A DNA stretch of 37,079 bases, taken from positions 1 through 37,079 of the forward strand of contig JAFGIQ010000148.1 in the NCBI GenBank assembly GCA_016929575.1, written 5' to 3'. This document shows, piece by piece, positions 33,257 to 37,079 of this stretch; within the stretch, counting starts at the first letter, position 1; each line of letters starts with the position of its first letter. Source of the DNA: a candidate division FCPU426 bacterium. GTDB lineage: Bacteria > Oederibacteriota > JAAXVQ01 > JAUVAV01. The translations under genes were made by a program, and so were the position numbers. The notes beneath the pieces were generated by a model. It was given only the letters and a program-made list of their open reading frames with translations. It did no database searches and was not told where the DNA came from.

Positions 33257-34795
33257 CTAGGGTTCTTGCGTTGGCAATGCATTTTCCTCATCTGTGTCCG
33301 GGGTTTCATCCCTGTCTGTTTCGTGGTGCATTACTCGACGAAGCTGGGGGAAAAGGATGACATCTCTGATAGAAGGCGAATCTGTCAGCAGCATGACCAA
33401 ACGGTCTATGCCTATTCCCAGACCGCCAGCCGGAGGCATGCCATATTCCAAGGCGCGCAGGTAGTCCTCATCCATCGGTTGCGCTTCCTCGTCACCGCGG
33501 GCGCGTTTTTGCATCTGTTTTTCAAACCGTTTTCTCTGCTCCTGCGGATCATTCAGTTCGGTAAACCCGTTGGCGAATTCCCGGCCCGCAATAAAAGGCT
33601 CAAAGCGGTCCGCCAGCTCGGGCGCGTCTTCCTTCTGTTTGGCCAGGGGTGACAATTCCAGCGGAAAATCAATCACAAATGTCGGCTGCTGCAACTTCGG
33701 CTCCACCAGATGTTGAAAAAGCAGCTCCACCAGATCGGTCTTGGCAGCATTTTCTGCAAACTCCAGGTGGTGCTCGCGGCAAACCGCCTGCAACCGTTCG
33801 GCGGTTTCGTGCCAGACATCAACGCCTGTCTGTTCGTTGACAGCTTCCAGGTAAGACAGGCGCCGCCAAGGCAGGGTGAAATCCAACTCCTGGCCCTGAT
33901 AGGTCATTTTGATGCCGCCGGTGATGTTTTTCACCAGATGTAAAAATATTTTTTCGGTCAAATCCATCATGGCTTGTCCGTTGACATAGGCCTGATAGAT
34001 TTCCAACATGGTGAATTCGGGATTATGGATGGTGCTGATGCCTTCGTTCCTAAAATTGCGGTTTAATTCATAGATCTTTTCAAAACCGCCCACCAACAGG
34101 CGCTTGAGAAACAGTTCCGGAGCAATGCGGAGAAACCAGTCGCAATCCAAGGCATTGTGGTGCGTGATGAAAGGCTTGGCCGCGGCTCCGCCGGGGATGG
34201 GTTGCATCATGGGCGTCTCCACTTCCGTGAAGCCCAAATTGTCCAGGAAATTACGGATTTCCTTGATAATCCGGAACCGGGTGCGAAACACGTCGCGGGT
34301 CTTTTCATTGGAAAGCAGATCCAGATACCGCTGGCGATAGCGGACCTCCACGTCTTTCACCCCATGCCATTTTTCAGGCAGGGCGCGAATGGATTTGGAC
34401 AAGAGGGCGAAGTCCTCCACGCGTATGGTCAATTCCCCTGTGTGGGTGCGGAAAACCACGCCTTTCACGCCCAGGAAATCACCCGCATCCAACCGTTTGA
34501 CCAGTTCATACCGTTTTTCCCCCAGTTCATTGGACCGGAAATATATCTGGATCTGCCCGCTCTCATCCTGCAAATGGGCGAAAACGGTTTTCCCATGCAG
34601 ACGGACGGTTTTAATGCGTCCGGGAATATGAATGGAAACATCGGATTGTTGTTCACCTTCCAGGCGGGCGAAAGTCTCTTGTATTTTTGCTGCTGTGTGC
34701 GTACGGGGATACTGGTAGGCATATGGCTCGATCCCTGCCTGGCGTAGAGCAGTGACTTTCTCCAGCCGTTGCTGTATGATCTCTTTTTCAGACAC
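33257..34795 (-). CDS. lysS: Lysine--tRNA ligase, class II
   Basis: 512-aa ORF with a GTG start and AAAGGAG upstream. It has an OB anticodon-binding domain. Class II motifs are present (FRNEGISTIHNPEFTMLE, GGLGIGIDRLVMLLT). An acidic extension of about 22 aa follows the usual ILFPQLR end. Confidence 0.95.
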   Translation of the reverse strand: MSEKEIIQQRLEKVTALRQAGIEPYAYQYPRTHTAAKIQETFARLEGEQQSDVSIHIPGRIKTVRLHGKTVFAHLQDESGQIQIYFRSNELGEKRYELVKRLDAGDFLGVKGVVFRTHTGELTIRVEDFALLSKSIRALPEKWHGVKDVEVRYRQRYLDLLSNEKTRDVFRTRFRIIKEIRNFLDNLGFTEVETPMMQPIPGGAAAKPFITHHNALDCDWFLRIAPELFLKRLLVGGFEKIYELNRNFRNEGISTIHNPEFTMLEIYQAYVNGQAMMDLTEKIFLHLVKNITGGIKMTYQGQELDFTLPWRRLSYLEAVNEQTGVDVWHETAERLQAVCREHHLEFAENAAKTDLVELLFQHLVEPKLQQPTFVIDFPLELSPLAKQKEDAPELADRFEPFIAGREFANGFTELNDPQEQRKRFEKQMQKRARGDEEAQPMDEDYLRALEYGMPPAGGLGIGIDRLVMLLTDSPSIRDVILFPQLRRVMHHETDRDETPDTDEENALPTQEP

Positions 34796-34972
34796 AGTTA
34801 TTCTCCTTTAATATCAAGGCTTTTATTCGCTTTTGTTGCTGGTCTTACAATGATACCCTCATACACCCACAGATTCCTGATATCATTTTTTTTAAAATAC
34901 CGCCTTGCGCTTTATCATGCATAATACACGCGTGGTATATGCATCTTCAGATCACAGGTTGTTTCCGGCGCT

Positions 34973-35002
34973 AGTCTAGCAGTCCGGGCAAGGTTTTGTC
35001 AA
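34973..35002 (-). promoter_or_regulatory. Candidate sigma70-type promoter for lysS (would give a leader of about 170 nt)
   Basis: On the minus strand the sequence reads TTGACA (34997-35002), an 18-nt spacer, then TAGACT (34973-34978). Weaker alternatives closer to the gene cannot be excluded. Confidence 0.35.
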
Positions 35003-35162
35003 TGGCGGATTCCATGATTGTTTCTTCCGCCCTGAACCGGGCATGAAGGAAAAGCTTTATTGTAAAAAAGCCGTGGAAACCAGGAAAATACAGCGGCCAG
35101 GGGCGTCCTTTTTTCATCAAAACGCCGCCAGGGTTGAAAGGCAACAAAGCAGAACATGTCTA

Positions 35163-36725
35163 TTATGGTGCAGGCTGCTTGCTTGTGCTTTCAGAAGGCG
35201 TTGGCGCCGGCCGGGGCCGTGTTGATTTTGTTTTTTTTCGGAGGGCATCCTGCTTGATGGCCGCATTTCGCGCTGAGCGCGCGCCGGATTTTGCCTTTTT
35301 GGCGGGAGTCTTCAGCCGCTTTTTGGAAGGCGCATTCTTTTTTTTCATTTTACCGGAACCAGCCGGAACCGGCTTGATCCCCGGTTTTCTCTTAAACACA
35401 ATAACGCCGGCATCTTCCTTCCAGGCTTCATACCGTGGATCCTTGTGCATTTTCTTTAAAATCCGCAGATAATTGGCGCGCGAAAAAGGCCAGATATTGG
35501 CCTTGATGTTGAAAACCACAAAATGCGGCAATTGGCGATAGGAATTCACGCCCAAGACCCTGATCCGCGCAGGCCGGGAAATATGCGGTGCCATATTGGC
35601 CTGAGCCAGCACCTGTCCCCGGGCAGGTATGGTTTGAACGATCTTTTTCGCGGTTTTATGCGCCGTGGTAACCGTACGCGGTGCAATCCAGGAAAAATTG
35701 AAGACTAAAAGATATGCCCCTAGCCCCCATAGTATCAGAAATTTCAACCGGCTGTCTTGAAGCCAGCGGTCCCGGAAGGCTGACCAGCCCGCTGCCGCTG
35801 CCGCAAAAAGAAAGGGGATGACCGGTGCGGCATAATACATTTTCAAACCCGCCTGGGAAGCATGCTGCGAGGACAATTGTATCCATGCCGGCGCGCAAAG
35901 AACCAAGCCCCAAAAGGTTAAAAACGGCAGAAAAGCCAGGGAGACAATTGTTTGTATGAAAACAGAATTAAAGAATACTGCCAGCGATGTCACGGGTTTG
36001 AGCACTGCGCCGCCGACAATGCCGAAAATGCCGCTACCAAATTGAGACCAATAATTCAAATAAGGATAAACACCCTTATTGGCCGGCAATAAAAACATCA
36101 GTGAAAATATGCCGGCTGCGAAAGACAAGGCGGCGGTCACCAAGGCCGGCGTGCGCTGTTCTGTTTTGAAAATGCCGATCAACAGCGCCCAGCAAAAAAT
36201 ATAAAAACCCACATCTTCTTTTATTGTCAAGCTCAGCAGCAATGCTGTCCAGAATTTCCAGTCCTTTTTCATGAAAAAAAGGCACAGCACCGTAAAAAGC
36301 GCAAGCGGTATCAGGTTTTCCACATAAAAATCGCCGAAAGCCATCCGGCGGGTGAAACTGTGGTTTAAATATACCAATGCCAGCAACAAGGCCGCTTCTT
36401 CCTCCATGCCCAGGCGCCGCGCCAAATAATAGCACGGAATGCATGCTGCCGCCAGCATGAGGGCCTGCAGGACAAAAAGCGTGGTTGCATAAGGCAGCCA
36501 GGTGACCACCGGAACAAAAAGATAAAGGATGGGTGAAAAATGATATTGTAAGAGGCTTTTGCCGAGGATGGGGCTGAAAAGGCCCCAATGGGAAAGGGCT
36601 TGCAGATAGACCGTGGTGTTAATCGCAAAAGTGCCCAAGCTTGCGTGGCGTGTGGCATTGCAATAAAAATACAGTAAAAAATAAACGGCAGCCAAAAAAA
36701 TAAGCAGCATTTCCTTTTTTGGCAT
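35163..36725 (-). CDS. Polytopic integral membrane protein, DUF2079-like (GT-C-like fold family), with a polybasic C-terminal tail
   Basis: The ORF track gives 35163-36974, from a TTG. I prefer the ATG at 36725 (MPKKEMLLIFLAAVYFLLYF...). That start places one TM helix before the ...LGTFAINTTVYLQALSHW...QYHFSPILYLFVPV... segment, which resembles DUF2079 proteins as I recall them. There are at least 10 hydrophobic helices. The functional call is weak. Confidence 0.65.
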   Translation of the reverse strand: MPKKEMLLIFLAAVYFLLYFYCNATRHASLGTFAINTTVYLQALSHWGLFSPILGKSLLQYHFSPILYLFVPVVTWLPYATTLFVLQALMLAAACIPCYYLARRLGMEEEAALLLALVYLNHSFTRRMAFGDFYVENLIPLALFTVLCLFFMKKDWKFWTALLLSLTIKEDVGFYIFCWALLIGIFKTEQRTPALVTAALSFAAGIFSLMFLLPANKGVYPYLNYWSQFGSGIFGIVGGAVLKPVTSLAVFFNSVFIQTIVSLAFLPFLTFWGLVLCAPAWIQLSSQHASQAGLKMYYAAPVIPFLFAAAAAGWSAFRDRWLQDSRLKFLILWGLGAYLLVFNFSWIAPRTVTTAHKTAKKIVQTIPARGQVLAQANMAPHISRPARIRVLGVNSYRQLPHFVVFNIKANIWPFSRANYLRILKKMHKDPRYEAWKEDAGVIVFKRKPGIKPVPAGSGKMKKKNAPSKKRLKTPAKKAKSGARSARNAAIKQDALRKKTKSTRPRPAPTPSESTSKQPAP

Positions 36726-36921
36726 TGCCACTTTTATCTCTTTTTTCTCAAGAATATATCCCAGGTAAAGCAGGCCGCCCCACACCAGGGCTTTAAGAAG
36801 AAAAATCAATGTCCCCTCCGCAGAATAGACACGATCAATTTTAATCAGTCTACAGTAACTTCCGCTCATTTTCCACAGAAAATATTGGCATGAAATGTGG
36901 CTGGAACGCACAGGTGTCCAA

Positions 36922-37079
36922 ATGGGGATTGAGAAAGACGCGGCAACTATTGATACAGTGGTGCCGGCAGGCAACCAGACTGCCGGAGATATCTCCGGCA
37001 GCCCTGACCGGATAGATTATCGGAAGAACAAGGACGCCTCCGGCAGCCCTGACCGGATAGATTATCGGAAGAACAAGGA
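36922..37079 (+). CDS. Possible 5' end of a plus-strand gene encoding 15-residue tandem repeats (hypothetical, partial)
   Basis: Frame 1 is open from 36859 to the window end. ATG codons lie at 36895 and 36922, the latter with AGGTG 5 nt upstream. The translation is ...GDISGSPDRIDYRKNKDASGSPDRIDYRKNK. The repeat period equals 15 codons and stays in frame. There is no family recognition, and the region overlaps the long form of the minus-strand ORF. Confidence 0.3.
   Translation, partial: MGIEKDAATIDTVVPAGNQTAGDISGSPDRIDYRKNKDASGSPDRIDYRKNK
36993..37079 (+). repeat. Tandem direct repeat with a 45-bp period, two copies, truncated by the window edge
   Basis: CTCCGGCAGCCCTGACCGGATAGATTATCGGAAGAACAAGGA at 36993-37034 is repeated identically (42 of 42) at 37038-37079. 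The three nucleotides preceding each copy are related. Confidence 0.85.

Noticed and set aside
32456-33652. 398-aa plus-strand ORF spanning the lolC/E-lysS junction. Similar long antisense ORFs occur at 6964-7872, 12045-12908, 15561-16292, 17138-17956 and 27440-28360.
   Set aside because: All lie opposite confidently identified conserved genes, cross gene boundaries or have Arg/His/Pro/Gly-rich composition, and show no motifs. They are shadow ORFs.
34917-34944. T-box or lysine (L-box) riboswitch in the lysS leader
   Set aside because: UACCACGCG superficially resembles part of the T-box sequence, but the GGGUGG core and the specifier and L-box conserved elements are missing.
36726-36974. N-terminal 83 codons of the long (603-aa, TTG-initiated) form of the DUF2079-like ORF
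   Set aside because: The TTG start has no SD. The ATG at 36725 gives a family-typical N-terminus. The upstream part competes with an open plus-strand frame carrying the in-frame tandem repeat.
36993-37079. Possible CRISPR array at the right edge
   Set aside because: The identical 42-nt units are separated by only 3 nt, so there are no spacers. This is a tandem duplication, not a repeat-spacer array, and no cas genes are nearby.

Overview
The window is a gene-dense chromosomal segment from a diderm, LPS-making bacterium. I cannot assign the lineage from sequence alone. 21 of the 22 confident CDS lie on the minus strand.

Gene order, right to left along the direction of transcription:
- a DUF2079-like membrane protein
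- lysS, then lolC/E and lolD
- mcsA-mcsB-clpC (the protein-arginine-kinase/ClpC quality-control module)
- a large outer-membrane biogenesis cluster: tamB, then a terminator and a promoter, then bamA-skp-lpxD-lpxC::fabZ-lpxA-lpxI
- a small outer-membrane barrel-like gene on the plus strand
- smc
- an accessory-looking block (see below)
- a partial recJ, which is missing from the ORF track because it runs off the left edge

The accessory block is the part most worth a second look:
- A four-gene operon with its own promoter encodes a beta-propeller lipoprotein, a HAMP receptor with a degenerate cyclase-homology domain, a J-domain/TPR protein and a lidless Hsp70.
- A 627-bp non-coding gap follows. 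It contains a 187-bp element bounded by perfect 16-bp inverted repeats.
- An orphan PilB/GspE-like protein follows. Its N-terminus carries near-canonical MshEN c-di-GMP-binding motifs, and its Walker A lysine is replaced by arginine.

The right edge shows a perfect 45-bp-period tandem repeat.

All family calls rest on reading the translations and comparing them with motifs recalled from memory. No database searches were run.
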